Assembly (NCBI GenBank): GCA_964350215.1
Contig: CAYGJE010000001.1
Coordinates: 1-40,023, forward strand
Reading direction: 5' to 3'
DNA from: an uncultured Candidatus Saccharibacteria bacterium
GTDB lineage: Bacteria > Patescibacteriota > Minisyncoccia > UBA6257 > JAKLIH01
DNA length: 40,023 nt
Below the pieces are notes generated by a model, which saw nothing but the letters and a program-made list of their open reading frames with translations, made no database searches and was not told the DNA's origin. Below, one piece after another: positions 1 to 10,144 of this stretch (the first letter of the stretch is position 1; each line of letters starts with the position of its first letter). The translations under genes and the position numbers were made by a program.

Positions 1-72
1 AATCTCAATCATAACCCCCACACTCAGCTTCTGAGTGTGGGGGCCATGCTAAACCTGGCAACGTTATGATTG
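1..72. repeat. 72-bp nested-hairpin repeat, copy 1 (may extend left of the window)
   Basis: Matches 749..820 with 1 mismatch. Outer inverted repeat TCAATCATAAC/GTTATGATTGA encloses a perfect 13-bp stem CCCCCACACTCAG-ctt-CTGAGTGTGGGGG. Confidence 0.9.
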
Positions 73-120
73 AAAATTAGCGTTTTATCGTTCCTTGGGT
101 ATAACATATTTTTACGTAAT

Positions 121-150
121 AATAAAAAACCCGAGATTATGTCTCGGGTT
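121..150 (-). terminator. intrinsic terminator after CDS 137..508
   Basis: Stem ACCCGAGA/TCTCGGGT (129-136/142-149), followed on the minus strand by a T-run. It overlaps the TAA stop. Confidence 0.8.
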
Positions 151-508
151 TTACGATTGATTTGACGATAAAAGGGCCAGTTAGATCCTTTTTTATTTCG
201 TCAATATTTTCGCCTAAGGCCTCTACTCGGCCCTCTAAGTAGGCCTTGTAGCTGGGCAAATGCTTATCGATATTGTTTTCAATATCGATAGCTTTCCAAG
301 TGGGGCTGATTTTGTTGGGGACAAGCTGAAAATCCATATCCCCAACGGTTACACAAACGCCTTTCTCGCCTGCTAGCAGGCGCTCAAGGCGATCATCAAT
401 GTGTCTACTCGCTTGCTTTTCCCAGGATAAATATCCTAGAAAAATGATCATTAAGACAACAAGGAAAACTAGATACGAAACGAAATTACTGTCATTTTTC
501 TTGCTCAT
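137..508 (-). CDS. small N-terminally membrane-anchored protein, function unknown (123 aa)
   Basis: ATG at 508 lies 7 nt after a GGAGGA Shine-Dalgarno site. The track start at 556 falls at or upstream of the predicted TSS. Hydrophobic helix FVSYLVFLVVLMIIFLGYL, TAA stop, Trp encoded by TGG only. Confidence 0.7.
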   Translation of the reverse strand: MSKKNDSNFVSYLVFLVVLMIIFLGYLSWEKQASRHIDDRLERLLAGEKGVCVTVGDMDFQLVPNKISPTWKAIDIENNIDKHLPSYKAYLEGRVEALGENIDEIKKDLTGPFIVKSIVKPET

Positions 509-556
509 TTTTATCCTCCAAAAATTTATATATAAACTTTCAACGAACTGAGTCAT

Positions 557-585
557 ATTATATCATAATATCTTTCTGTTGTCAA
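557..585 (-). promoter_or_regulatory. sigma70-type promoter TTGACA-17-TATAAT
   Basis: Minus strand reads TTGACA (580-585), a 17-nt spacer, then TATAAT (557-562), upstream of CDS 137..508. Confidence 0.7.
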
Positions 586-640
586 GCCCCCAAAATTAAG
601 CAAGCTAAAATCTAAGTGAAATTTTTTAAAACCCTTTTCT

Positions 641-677
641 TTCAATTATAGCGTTGCCTGGCAACGTTATAATTGAA
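641..677. repeat. 37-bp near-perfect palindrome related to the 72-bp repeat
   Basis: TTCAATTATAGCGTTGCC-t-GGCAACGTTATAATTGAA. Shares CCTGGCAACGTTATrATTGAAAA with repeat copy 1 (51-77). Confidence 0.8.
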
Positions 678-748
678 AAAACCTAAAAAAGGTACAAAAG
701 ACAAGAAAAAACATACCCATGTCCCTATATTTTCGCATAAATTAGGTA

Positions 749-820
749 AATCTCAATCATAACCCCCACACTCAGCTTCTGAGTGTGGGGGCCATGCTAA
801 ACCAGGCAACGTTATGATTG
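749..820. repeat. 72-bp nested-hairpin repeat, copy 2
   Basis: 71/72 identical to 1..72 (t/a difference at 54 versus 802). Confidence 0.9.
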
Positions 821-880
821 GCAGATTGGCTGTAATGTTGCAAACTAGCCCATAGATAGCGTTATTTTTGATTTAAAACA

Positions 881-908
881 AAAACCCGCTAAATATTAAG
901 CGGGTTTC
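881..908 (-). terminator. intrinsic terminator after secY
   Basis: ACCCGCT-n8-AGCGGGT hairpin, followed by TTTTTG on the minus strand, 20 nt after the secY TAA. Confidence 0.8.
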
Positions 909-928
909 TGCTGTTATTGATGTTATGA

Positions 929-2200
929 TTAGTAATCATATTCTCTCATGGCAAGTTGAGCTTCGATTGAATTTTTGATCTCAAGCGCAATAGCCACGAT
1001 AAGTAAAATGGATGTGCCACCAATTTCAAATGTGGTGACTTTGGTCAATCCTTGCAGTAACATTGGAAGTATTGCCACCAATGCCAAGAATATAGCACCA
1101 AACAAAGTTATTTTTCCTGAAACCTTGGATAAATAACTAACTGTGTTGTCCCCTGGCCTGTAACCTGGGATAAATCCACCGTTTTTTTGCAAATTGTCGG
1201 ATATTTCTTTTGGACTGAAAGTGATTGATGTGTAGAAAAAAGTGAACAACAAAACCAAAATAAAGTAAATTGACATATAGAAGGCCTGATTTTCGATAAG
1301 TTTGGTCAAGATGTTTGCCCCAGTTACCAAAAATGTTATGTTGGTGGTGGCTAACATTTGTCCGATCAAAGCAGGAAATGTCAACACTGATAATGCAAAG
1401 ATTATAGGGATAACGCCAGCTTGATTGACTTTCAATGGTAGAAATGTGGTAACTCCACCAAACATTTTGTTGCCTCTGACATGCTTGGCATACGATACGG
1501 TCAATCTTCTTTGGCCTTCAGTGAGATAAACAACACCCACAATCATAAGCAATGTAACCACTAAGAACAAAGCGACATTGATTATTTGAGGGATGGTGGT
1601 GTAGGTCAACACTGTGGCGATAACACTTTTTGGTAAGCTAGTAACTATACCAGAAAAGATAATAAGTGAAATACCATTGCCTAACTTCTTTTCGGTGATT
1701 AGTTGACCGATAAAGATGATAACAAATGATGCTGCTGTCAAAATCAAGATATTTTGTCACATCATGAGTCGTGATGCAAAGGTTATGATACCTTGTGATT
1801 TTAGAATGCTCAACATACCCAATGCTTGCAATATGGTAAGTGGCAATGCCAAATACTTTGTTCAGCTTTCAAATTTGCGTCGTCCTTCTTCACCGTTTTC
1901 TTGAAATGTTTCTTTGAGTGAAGGCACAATCACAACAACCAATTGCATTATAATGGAGGCCGAGATATAAGGCCCAACGCCCAATAGTGCGATTGATAGA
2001 TTTTGAAATGCTCCACCGGTGAATATGTTAAACAACCCAAATACTTTGCTTTGCGCCATAAACTCTTTCATTTGCGAGACATCAATGCCTGGCAAAGGAA
2101 TAACGGCCATTAATCTAAAAACTACCAATAAACCAAAAACAATAAAGAGGTTTTTCCTTAAATCTTTATGTTTTAATAGTTTTATAAAATTTTTGATCAT
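929..2200 (-). CDS. secY: preprotein translocase subunit SecY (423 aa, 2 in-frame TGA)
   Basis: ORFs 929..1747 and 1862..2200 are in the same frame, joined through TGA at 1862-1864 and 1757-1759. Motifs GEEGRRKF and GNGISLIIFSGIV. TAA stop. Confidence 0.95.
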
Positions 2201-2237
2201 AAGTATTTTTTATTTGATTGCTAGTTAAAATATTTTT

Positions 2238-2735
2238 CTATTTTTTAGCTGGCTTAACTGGTTTTTCTCTTTTTGGAAATTTGGCTGGTTTTGGAGCTGG
2301 TTCAATTTTTACAATTGTGCCGCCAGCTTTTTCAATAATTTCTTTTCCGCTTTTGGTGATATCAATGCCTTTAATAGAAAACTTTTTGTCTAATTTTTTG
2401 ATGGAACCAATAATTTTGAATTTCTTGGCTCTTTTTGGAATCAATCCTTGTTTGCGAAGTGATTGTTCGGTAACTTCAAAATTGTTTGGGCATTGTTCTG
2501 CAATGTGTCGCAATTGGATTTCGTAGATATCTTTTTTGATTATGACATTGCCAGCTCCTCTCATTTTTGGAGTTCTAAGCAATTGTTCTTTTAACTGTGA
2601 CTGTATCTTGCGGCCAGCTCTGGCTGTTTGACCTTTGCCTCCTTTGCCGCTGTAGGTACCGCGTTTGCCACCACGACCAACTCTTTGCTTTGGAGCAATT
2701 TTGCTTTTTGGTCTTTTTATATTATGGATTTGCAT
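2238..2735 (-). CDS. rplO: 50S ribosomal protein L15
   Basis: N-terminal KRVGRGGKRGTYSGKGGKGQ-type motif. Sits between S5 and SecY. TAG stop. Confidence 0.93.
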   Translation of the reverse strand: MQIHNIKRPKSKIAPKQRVGRGGKRGTYSGKGGKGQTARAGRKIQSQLKEQLLRTPKMRGAGNVIIKKDIYEIQLRHIAEQCPNNFEVTEQSLRKQGLIPKRAKKFKIIGSIKKLDKKFSIKGIDITKSGKEIIEKAGGTIVKIEPAPKPAKFPKREKPVKPAKK

Positions 2736-2758
2736 GTTTAATATATTAATATATTAAA

Positions 2759-3391
2759 TTAATTTGCCTCTGCTGGAACTGTTTCTTCCACTTTTGGTTT
2801 TTCGACTTTTACTCCCTTTTTCTCTTGTTCCATTGAATAAATATGAGAAATCTTTTCTAAAGCAGCTATAGCAGCTTTACCGTTGTTGATTGGGCTGTGA
2901 GACCCGCTTAATGTTTTGCAGGTAACATTTTTGATACCAGCTAAAAGCATAATGTCTCTGACAACGCCTCCAGCAATAACTCCTTTACCTTCTTTGGCTG
3001 GCTTCACCAAAATGCGACTTGCGCAATGCTTGGCTTCCACTTCATAAGGAACAGTGTTGTTGATTATTGGCACTGTGATCATATTTCTGGTGGCTTCTTT
3101 TTTGGCTTTGTCGATTGCCTTTGGTACATCGTCTCCTTTGGCTGTGCCGATGCCGATTTTGCCTTTGTTGTTGCCGAGCAACATGGTGACGCTAAAGCTC
3201 ATGTGTTTGCCTCCAGCGGTAACACGAGTAACTCTTCTGATACCAGCAATCAATTGATCAAAGTCGCTGTTTTTGACTATGTTTCTAAATGGAGTTCTTC
3301 GGTTGTCACCTTCTCTTTTTTGACCTGGTTTGGCAAATCTTGATTGGTTAGGACCGCCTCTTTTGTTGTTGAAATTATCGTTTGTTTTCAT
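2759..3391 (-). CDS. rpsE: 30S ribosomal protein S5
   Basis: RVTRVTAGGK..FSV and GIGTAKG..VP.AI.KA motifs. Only 23 nt separate it from rplO, so no L30 gene is present. Confidence 0.95.
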   Translation of the reverse strand: MKTNDNFNNKRGGPNQSRFAKPGQKREGDNRRTPFRNIVKNSDFDQLIAGIRRVTRVTAGGKHMSFSVTMLLGNNKGKIGIGTAKGDDVPKAIDKAKKEATRNMITVPIINNTVPYEVEAKHCASRILVKPAKEGKGVIAGGVVRDIMLLAGIKNVTCKTLSGSHSPINNGKAAIAALEKISHIYSMEQEKKGVKVEKPKVEETVPAEAN

Positions 3392-3393
3392 GA

Positions 3394-3750
3394 TTAAAAG
3401 TTTATTCCTAATTTGCGAAGTTCTTCAGCTAACATTTTGATGCGACCATGGTATTTAAAACCTCCTCTATCAAAAACTATTGTTTCGATATTGTTTTTCT
3501 TTAGCTTCTCTGCCAAAATTTTTGCAACCTCAACACTTTTATCGCTCTTTTTCATTTTGCTGGTGACTTCTAAATCGCTTGCTGACACAATTGTTTTTTG
3601 TGCTTCATCATCTATGGCTTGTGCATAAATATGAGCATTGGATCTAAAGATTGATAATCGTGGTCTTGATTTGGTTCCACTGATTTTGGCACGAACGCGT
3701 CGGTGTTTTGCCAATCTTTTTTCTTTTTTTATTTGAGCTGTATTTTGCAT
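3394..3750 (-). CDS. rplR: 50S ribosomal protein L18
   Basis: RPRLSIFRSNAHIYAQ and FDRGGFKYHGR motifs. spc-operon position. Confidence 0.95.
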   Translation of the reverse strand: MQNTAQIKKEKRLAKHRRVRAKISGTKSRPRLSIFRSNAHIYAQAIDDEAQKTIVSASDLEVTSKMKKSDKSVEVAKILAEKLKKNNIETIVFDRGGFKYHGRIKMLAEELRKLGINF

Positions 3751-3784
3751 ACGACAAATTTATTGATTAAGTTTATTTAATGTT

Positions 3785-4324
3785 TTAGCCGGCTTTTTTG
3801 CCACTCTTCTTGGTTACCTTTTCATCGCTATAGCGAATTCCTTTCATGGAGTATGGGTTGGTTTTTCTTTGTTTTCTTGCTACTGATGCGAAATCGCCAA
3901 CTGATTTTTTGGATATACCGTTGATAATTATGTTGGTTTTTTCAACAGTGACGGTCAAATCCTCTGGAATTTCTAATGGAACTGGATGAGAATAACCAAC
4001 ATTAAGAATAAGCTCTTTGCCTTTTACTTCGGCCTTGTAGCCAATTCCTTCGATGATTAAGCGTCTTTCAAAGCCAGTATTAACACCAATGACACAATTG
4101 TTGATTAGTGCCCTTTGTGTTCCTCAAATAGCAAAAAATTCGCGACCTTCTTTTTTAGGTTGCAAAGTTATTTCTTTTTTTTCACTGTCAAATTTTACTT
4201 CAACCTTGTCATTTAAATCGCACAACAAAGTGCCCTTAGGCCCTGTTATTTTGATGACATTTTTGTCTATTTCCACTTGGTTGTTTTCTGGAATTTTTAT
4301 TGGTGCTTTGCCTATTTTTGACAT
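3785..4324 (-). CDS. rplF: 50S ribosomal protein L6 (179 aa, 1 in-frame TGA)
   Basis: MSKIGKAPIKIP start. Read-through of TGA at 4124 gives ..GTQRALINNCVIGV..GYSHPV.. down to the TAA at 3785. Confidence 0.93.
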
Positions 4325-4367
4325 AATATTAAGTTTATTGCTAATTTAAGAAATTGATTTAATACTG

Positions 4368-4760
4368 TTAGAATATCTCGAACAATGCTTCTCCGCCAAG
4401 GTTTTGTTTTTTGGCAGCTTTGGCAGTCATAATACCTTTGGATGTCGACAAAACAGTTGTTGTTTGTTTTTTGGTATTGAGTTCTTGAACTTCTTTGTAC
4501 ACTCTCTTGCTTGGCTTTGAAATGCGTTTAACGTCTAATATAAATGGTTGCTTCTTGGCGTTGTATCTTAGAATGACTTCAACGGTCTTTTTCTTGTTCT
4601 TTTCTGTTTCAACAAAATTTTCAATATATCCTTCCTCTTTAAGGACTTTTAATATTGCCATTTTGATTTTTGAAGATGGAAAAGAAACGCTTGGTTTTTC
4701 AACAATGACAGCATTCTTGATGCGAATTAACATGTCGCTTATTGGGTCAGTAATGGTCAT
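4368..4760 (-). CDS. rpsH: 30S ribosomal protein S8
   Basis: DPISDMLIRIKNA start motif. Operon position. Confidence 0.95.
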   Translation of the reverse strand: MTITDPISDMLIRIKNAVIVEKPSVSFPSSKIKMAILKVLKEEGYIENFVETEKNKKKTVEVILRYNAKKQPFILDVKRISKPSKRVYKEVQELNTKKQTTTVLSTSKGIMTAKAAKKQNLGGEALFEIF

Positions 4761-4809
4761 AACAATTTTGAATTAAATTTTTAATTAATATATTCTAATA
4801 ATAAAGTCA

Positions 4810-4995
4810 TTATCAGCTTGATTTTTTAACGCCAGGAATAACTCCTTTTGAAGCAAGTTCACGAAAACAAATTCGGCATAAGCCAAAATCGCGCATATAT
4901 GCTCTACTTCGGCCACAAGCAAAACATCTGTTTGTCTTGCGAGAGCTATACTTTGGTTCTTTTTTTGATCTTGCTATTGCAGATTTTTTTGCCAT
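4810..4995 (-). CDS. rpsN: 30S ribosomal protein S14, zinc-binding short type (61 aa)
   Basis: CxxC..CRIC motif. The track stop at 4813 is TGA followed directly by TAA, giving the canonical C-terminus KKSS-W. Confidence 0.95.
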
Positions 4996-5028
4996 AACAT
5001 ATTGTTTAAATGAATTAAAATTAAAATA

Positions 5029-5607
5029 TTATTTTTTAGTTGGTGTCTCAGCAATTGGCTTTAAAGGAAATCCGATTGTTTCGAATAAGTGAATTGCTTT
5101 TTCTTTGGATTTGGCGTTGGTGACAAAGTTTATCTCTATACCAAAGTTTGGTTTTAAAATGTCGAAAGACAATTCTGGGAAAGCATTCATTTCTTTTACT
5201 CCTAAAGTCAAATTACCAGCTTTATCAAACTTCTTTCTTTCTACACCTCAGAAGTCACGGGTACGAGGCATCACAATGTTGACAAATCGATCAAAGAAAT
5301 CTTCTTTCTTTTTGCCTCTCAATGTGACTGATATACCAACTGGGGTCCCTTCTCTTAATTTGAAGCCAGCAATTGATTTTTTGGCTTTACAAATTCTTGG
5401 CTTTTGACCAGTGATGCGTGCTAATTTATCAGAAAGATCTTTGATCAAGTTGTCGGTGTTTTCATTGGCAGCTGCCATACGACCAATTCCAGTGTTGATG
5501 GAAATTTTGGTAATCTTTGGAACTGACATTTCGTTTTTGACACCGTGTTGCTTCTTGAAAAAATCTTGAGTAATTTTTTTGTAGTTTTCGATGTATGATA
5601 TTTTCAT
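5029..5607 (-). CDS. rplE: 50S ribosomal protein L5 (192 aa, 1 in-frame TGA)
   Basis: ORFs 5248..5607 and 5029..5211 are in the same frame across TGA 5248-5250. Sequence reads ..PRTRDF-x-GVERKKFDKAGNLTLGVKE... This TGA sits where most bacteria have Arg. Confidence 0.93.
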
Positions 5608-5609
5608 GA

Positions 5610-5942
5610 TTAATCTATTTTCTTATGACATTTTTTACAAATACGCACCTTTTTATCTTTTTCAATGATGTAGCCAATTCTAGTTGGTTTGTTGCAATGG
5701 CTGCAAACAATACTTACGTTTGAAATTTGAATTGGTTTTTCTATTTCTATTATTTGTCCGACCTCTCCTTGTTGTCTTGGTTTTTTGTGTTTTTTGTAGA
5801 CATTCAAACCAGCAACAATAACTTTGTTGGCTTTAGGTATACATTTGATAACTTTTCCGGTTTTGGATCTGTCCTTGCCTTTAGTTACCATGACTTTGTC
5901 GTTTTTCTTTATTTTTGGTAATTTGTGTATTATAGTTTTCAT
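5610..5942 (-). CDS. rplX: 50S ribosomal protein L24 with C-terminal CxxC..CxxC extension
   Basis: KKNDKVMVTKGKDRSKTGKV KOW motif. C-terminal CSHC..CKKC. Confidence 0.9.
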   Translation of the reverse strand: MKTIIHKLPKIKKNDKVMVTKGKDRSKTGKVIKCIPKANKVIVAGLNVYKKHKKPRQQGEVGQIIEIEKPIQISNVSIVCSHCNKPTRIGYIIEKDKKVRICKKCHKKID

Positions 5943-5977
5943 ATTGAAATTGATAATATTAGAGCTGATCTTTAAAA

Positions 5978-6346
5978 TTAAACTAACTCTGGTCCGAGCT
6001 CAATGATTTTATTATAACCCATATCTTTGATCTCTCTTGGAATAGGTCCAAAAATACGAGTACCTACTGGCTCTTTCTTGTCGTTGATAATAACAACAGC
6101 GTTGTCATCAAATTTGATATACGAACCATTTTTTCTTTTGAAATTGCGTCGCTGTCTTACAATAATAGCTTTGACCACTTCTTTTTTCTTGACAGTTTTG
6201 CGTGGCTTGGCTGTTTGAACAGATGCAACAATGGTATCTCCTATTTGGCCATAGCGATGAAAATGTCCTCCTCTAATCTGGATGCATCGAATGGTTTGAG
6301 CACCACTATTGTCAGCAACTTTTAGTATCGATCTAAGTTGAATCAT
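5978..6346 (-). CDS. rplN: 50S ribosomal protein L14
   Basis: MIQLRSILKVADNSGA start. Operon position. Confidence 0.96.
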   Translation of the reverse strand: MIQLRSILKVADNSGAQTIRCIQIRGGHFHRYGQIGDTIVASVQTAKPRKTVKKKEVVKAIIVRQRRNFKRKNGSYIKFDDNAVVIINDKKEPVGTRIFGPIPREIKDMGYNKIIELGPELV

Positions 6347-6409
6347 AATAATGAATTAAGATGAATTTTATTTAATTATACACTAAAAAACTAGTATTTT
6401 CAAGAGCTC

Positions 6410-6664
6410 TTAATAACTAAGCTTGTCAACAATCAATCAGCTTTTATCTTTGGATATTGGTCGTGTTTCCTCAATAATAACTTTGTCGCCTGCCTGGAAC
6501 TTATTATCGGGATTATGAGCTTTGTATCTTTTTGAAGTTTTGTAGTATTTGTGATATAACGGATGTTCTTTAAGTCGAGTGACCTCCACTACGGCAGTCA
6601 GCATCATTTTGCTGGACACCACAACACCAGTTAATTGTCTTTTTTGGATTTTCGAATTGTTCAT
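6410..6664 (-). CDS. rpsQ: 30S ribosomal protein S17 (84 aa, 1 in-frame TGA)
   Basis: Read-through of TGA 6437-6439 gives ..[17 protein letters not shown], then TAA. Matches the conserved S17 ..SK.KSW.. motif. Confidence 0.93.
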
Positions 6665-6676
6665 AAGACAGAAAAA

Positions 6677-6859
6677 TTATTTTTTATTAAGAATTGTTAA
6701 AACACGAGCGATAGTTTTTTTGGTATTGCTGATTTCGTTGTAGTTCTTGATTTTGCCAAAACGAGCTGAAAGTATTAAATCGTTTAACTTCTTTTTTTGC
6801 TCTAAAAGCATTTGTTTTAAAGATTTTGCATCTTTTTTTGTTAGGTCTTTTGATTTCAT
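6677..6859 (-). CDS. rpmC: 50S ribosomal protein L29
   Basis: 60-aa helical Lys-rich protein between L16 and S17. Confidence 0.85.
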   Translation of the reverse strand: MKSKDLTKKDAKSLKQMLLEQKKKLNDLILSARFGKIKNYNEISNTKKTIARVLTILNKK

Positions 6860-6862
6860 AAA

Positions 6863-7273
6863 CTATCGTTTAATTATTTTTGTTCTAAAAGGAAGCTTGT
6901 AGCTGATTTGTTGTAAAGCTTTCATAGCGTCGCTTTCGGCAATGCCGTCAAGCTCAAAAATAATACGACCTGGCTTTACTTGGAAAACATAATGATCGAC
7001 GTCTCCTTTTCCGCCACCCATTCCAACTTCTGGTGGTTTTTTGGTTATTGGTTTATCAGGAAAAACTCTAATTCAAATCTTACCGCCTTTTCTAATAAAT
7101 CGAAGTAAAACTCTACGGGCTGATTCAATTTGGCGACTGGTAATTCTTTTGTTGTCAGTGCTACAAATACCATATGAGCCATATTCAAGATTTACTCCGC
7201 GACTTTCAAAGTTGCGTTTCAAACTTCTGCCCTTTTGCATTTTTCGATATTTGGTTCTTTTTGGAGTAAGCAT
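6863..7273 (-). CDS. rplP: 50S ribosomal protein L16 (136 aa, 1 in-frame TGA)
   Basis: [11 protein letters not shown] start. TGA 7073-7075 gives [18 protein letters not shown], an invariant Trp in L16. TAG stop at 6863. Confidence 0.96.
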
Positions 7274-7295
7274 GATAATTAATTGTTATTGGTTA

Positions 7296-7982
7296 TTAAT
7301 TGATTTTGTTGCTCTTTTGTTTGCTAAAAGTTTCACCTGTGTAAATTCAAACCTTGATCCCTATTTTTCCGTATGTACAATTTGCTGTGGTGGATGAGTA
7401 ATCAATGTTTGCTCTCAATGTGTTTAATGGCAATTTGCCGTCTTTGACAAAGTCAGATCTAGCAATATCTGCGCCATCTAATCTGCCGGTGACATATATC
7501 TTGGCACCTTTGACTTCTCTGTTGGACATTATTCTTTCAAGATATTTCTTTATGGTTTTGCGATAAGAAATTCTTTTTTCGATATCATCTTTAAGGTCAA
7601 ATCCAACAATTTGAGCTGACAAATATGGTTTTCTTACTTCTTCGATATTGATGCTGATGCTGAATTTGTCGCTAATTCTTTCTTTTTTTCTAAATTTCAA
7701 AATGGCTTTTTCTATTGTCTTTTTGGCGTCATCAAGACCTTCGCCTTTGTGCTTGATTATCATACCTGGCTTAGCTGTAAAAATGGTAACGTTAATGCGA
7801 TCACCTTTTCTTTCTAGCTCGATTATTTGATAATGGGCTTTAGCCAACAAAGGTTCGAGAGTTTTTCTGATCAATTCATCTTCGGCCAACTTTCAAGGAA
7901 AGTTTTCCAAATCAAATCATCTAGAACTTCAGTTCTTGTTGATGCCTAATCTTTTGATTATTGGATTAATATGTTGTGCCAT
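7296..7982 (-). CDS. rpsC: 30S ribosomal protein S3 (228 aa, 4 in-frame TGA)
   Basis: Start MAQHINPIIKRLGINKN-W-SSR-W-F... C-terminus GKIGIKV-W-IYTGE... TAA at 7296. Confidence 0.95.
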
Positions 7983-8018
7983 AAATTAAATATTTAGTTA
8001 TTTTTGAGTTAATGTTTG

Positions 8019-8507
8019 TTAGTTAATAACTTTTCTTTGAACAATGTTTTTGGCAGTACCTTTGGTGGCCTTGACAGTGCTCTTGGTGTGTCCAATTTTG
8101 CTACTACTTTTTGTGGTTCTTACTTTTTTGACCTTTTCTTTTGTTGTTGTTGTTTTGGTTGTGGCAGTTTTGCCTTCAATTGGTTTTAGGGTCAAATCAA
8201 CATGGCAGGTTCTATGGCGAATTATGTAGGCAGAACCACGAGCTCTAGGCATAACTCTTTTGAGAGTTGGGCCGTCAGTTACGTTGACTTTTGAAACAAA
8301 AAGATCATTTGGGTCCAACTGATAATTATGAACAGCATTTGCTTGTGCAGATTTCAAAAGTTTTAATATATCAATTGATGCTCTTTTTGGATTGAATTTT
8401 AATTGCTGTTCAGCTTTAGGCAAAGATAGTCGTTTGATCATTTCCACTACCAACCTCACCTTTCGCGGAGCAATCCTTAAATATTTTAAAGATGCCTTAA
8501 TTTCCAT
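8019..8507 (-). CDS. rplV: 50S ribosomal protein L22 with Lys/Thr-rich C-terminal tail
   Basis: LRIAPRKVRLV and MPRARGSA..I..RT.H motifs. Confidence 0.93.
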   Translation of the reverse strand: MEIKASLKYLRIAPRKVRLVVEMIKRLSLPKAEQQLKFNPKRASIDILKLLKSAQANAVHNYQLDPNDLFVSKVNVTDGPTLKRVMPRARGSAYIIRHRTCHVDLTLKPIEGKTATTKTTTTKEKVKKVRTTKSSSKIGHTKSTVKATKGTAKNIVQRKVIN

Positions 8508-8547
8508 AATATGTTTTTAATTATTGTTTGACTATATTGATAAAAAT

Positions 8548-8835
8548 TTATTTTTTACCTTTTTCGACTGTTTTTTGGAGTTTACCACCATGTTTGATGA
8601 ATTTTCTTGTTGGTGAAAACTCTCCCAAACGATGACCTACCATATCTTCTGTTGGGCTAACTTTGATAAAGTTTTTGCCGTTGTGAACTTCAAAGACAAG
8701 ACCAATCATTTCAGGAGTAATGGTTGAAGCGCGAGCTCAAGTTTTGATTGGGTCTTTATCTCCTATTTTCTTTTTGGCAACCTTTTCCATCAGCTTGGCA
8801 TCAACAAAAGGTCCTTTTTTGAGTGATCGAGACAT
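8548..8835 (-). CDS. rpsS: 30S ribosomal protein S19 (95 aa, 1 in-frame TGA)
   Basis: Not in the ORF track because TGA splits it. Hand translation gives [46 protein letters not shown]. Confidence 0.93.
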
Positions 8836-8905
8836 ATTGAGTAGTAATTAGTGATTAGCAGATAGCTGTTTAAATACTAGCTACTAATTTGTTTTGTTAA
8901 TTGAT

Positions 8906-9733
8906 TTATTTTTTGGACTTGCGACGTTTAACAATAAGTTTGTTTGAATATTTTTTGGTCTTTCTGGTTTTTCTTCCACCAGTAACATTTCCTCATTTGT
9001 CTTTTGGTCGTTTAGTACCTCTTTTGGTTTTACCTTTTCCACCTCCGTAAGGATGATCACAAGCATTCATGGCACTGCCTCGAACAGTTGGGCGAATACC
9101 TTTGTGTCTGTTGCGTCCAGCTTTACCAACGCTTATTAAAGCGTGTTCTCCGTTGGAAGCAGCTCCTATTGAAGCAAAACATTCGTTTAAAACCTTTCTA
9201 ACTTCTGTGGATGGCATCTTTAGATAGGCATACTTTCCTTCTAGACCAACCACTATCAAAGAAGCTCCAGCACTACGTGCTAATTTGCCGCCACCGTCAT
9301 TTTTGATTTCGACATTGTGGACAGCTGTGCCGCTTGGAATGTTTTTAAGTTTCATGCGGTAACCTGGTTTTAAAGGTGTAACATCATCGCATAATATTTC
9401 ACTTTTGGCTTCAATGCCTTGTGGAGCGATGATATAGTGTCTTGAACCATTTTGATATACTACCAAAGCAATAAAAGCTGTTCGATATGGATCATATTCG
9501 ATTGTTTCTACTCTGCCTTTAATACCTTTATTGACTTGGCCAAAACTAACCATACGATAGTTCTTTTTGACAGCTCCGCCTTTGTGTCGCATACTTATTT
9601 TGCCGCGACTGCGTCCTTGAGCTGGCTTATATCCCTTTGTGAGGGGTTTATAAGGTTCTTCGTGGGAAAGCTTTGATCTATCAATATCAATATGGTGTCT
9701 TTTTGTTGGTGTTGTTGGTTTATAAGTTTTCAT
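8906..9733 (-). CDS. rplB: 50S ribosomal protein L2 (275 aa, 1 in-frame TGA)
   Basis: Read-through of TGA 8993-8995 gives ..RPKDK-W-GNVTGGRKTRKTKKYSNKLIVKRRKSKK. This aligns with the conserved ..P-W-G..KTRK..IV.RR tail. Confidence 0.96.
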
Positions 9734-9734
9734 A

Positions 9735-10133
9735 TTATATAGCTAAATCAATTTTATAACCTTCTTTTAGAGTTACAATGGCTTTTTTGTAACCACCTTT
9801 GCGACTTGCCTGTTTTTTGAAGCCAAAACGAGTTGGTTGAACTGTTATTCTTATAAGATTAACATTGGCAACTTTAACCTTATAGTTTTTTTCCACTAAA
9901 CTTTTGACCATATATTTGTTTAAGCTTTTGCGAACAATAAACACATATTGGTTGTCTTGAGATAGCAATGTTGTTTTCTCAGTGATGTAAGGTTGCAAAT
10001 AACTATCAAAGTTGAAACTAGCGATATCTTCGGTGGCTGTTTGAGTTTGAGTTGTATTTGCTTCGCTTGCTACTGCAACATCTTTTGCCTTTTCTTCTTT
10101 TTTGTCGGTTTTTTTACCAAATAAAGGTGACAT
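9735..10133 (-). CDS. rplW: 50S ribosomal protein L23 with about 40-aa N-terminal extension
   Basis: Operon position between L4 and L2. C-terminal ..KKAIVTLKEG..I.. motif. Confidence 0.88.
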   Translation of the reverse strand: MSPLFGKKTDKKEEKAKDVAVASEANTTQTQTATEDIASFNFDSYLQPYITEKTTLLSQDNQYVFIVRKSLNKYMVKSLVEKNYKVKVANVNLIRITVQPTRFGFKKQASRKGGYKKAIVTLKEGYKIDLAI

Positions 10134-10144
10134 AAATATTCGTT

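Noticed and set aside
1-820. The 72-bp repeats as integron attC sites, or as a CRISPR array.
   Set aside because: The core sites do not fit RYYYAAC/GTTRRRY. Only two full copies exist, about 680 bp apart, with a complete gene between them. There is no regular spacer structure and no cas or intI gene.
2736-2758. Looked for rpmD (L30) between rpsE and rplO, and for adk and map after secY.
   Set aside because: Only 23 nt separate rpsE and rplO. After secY there is a terminator and repeats. The genes are absent from this locus, not missed.
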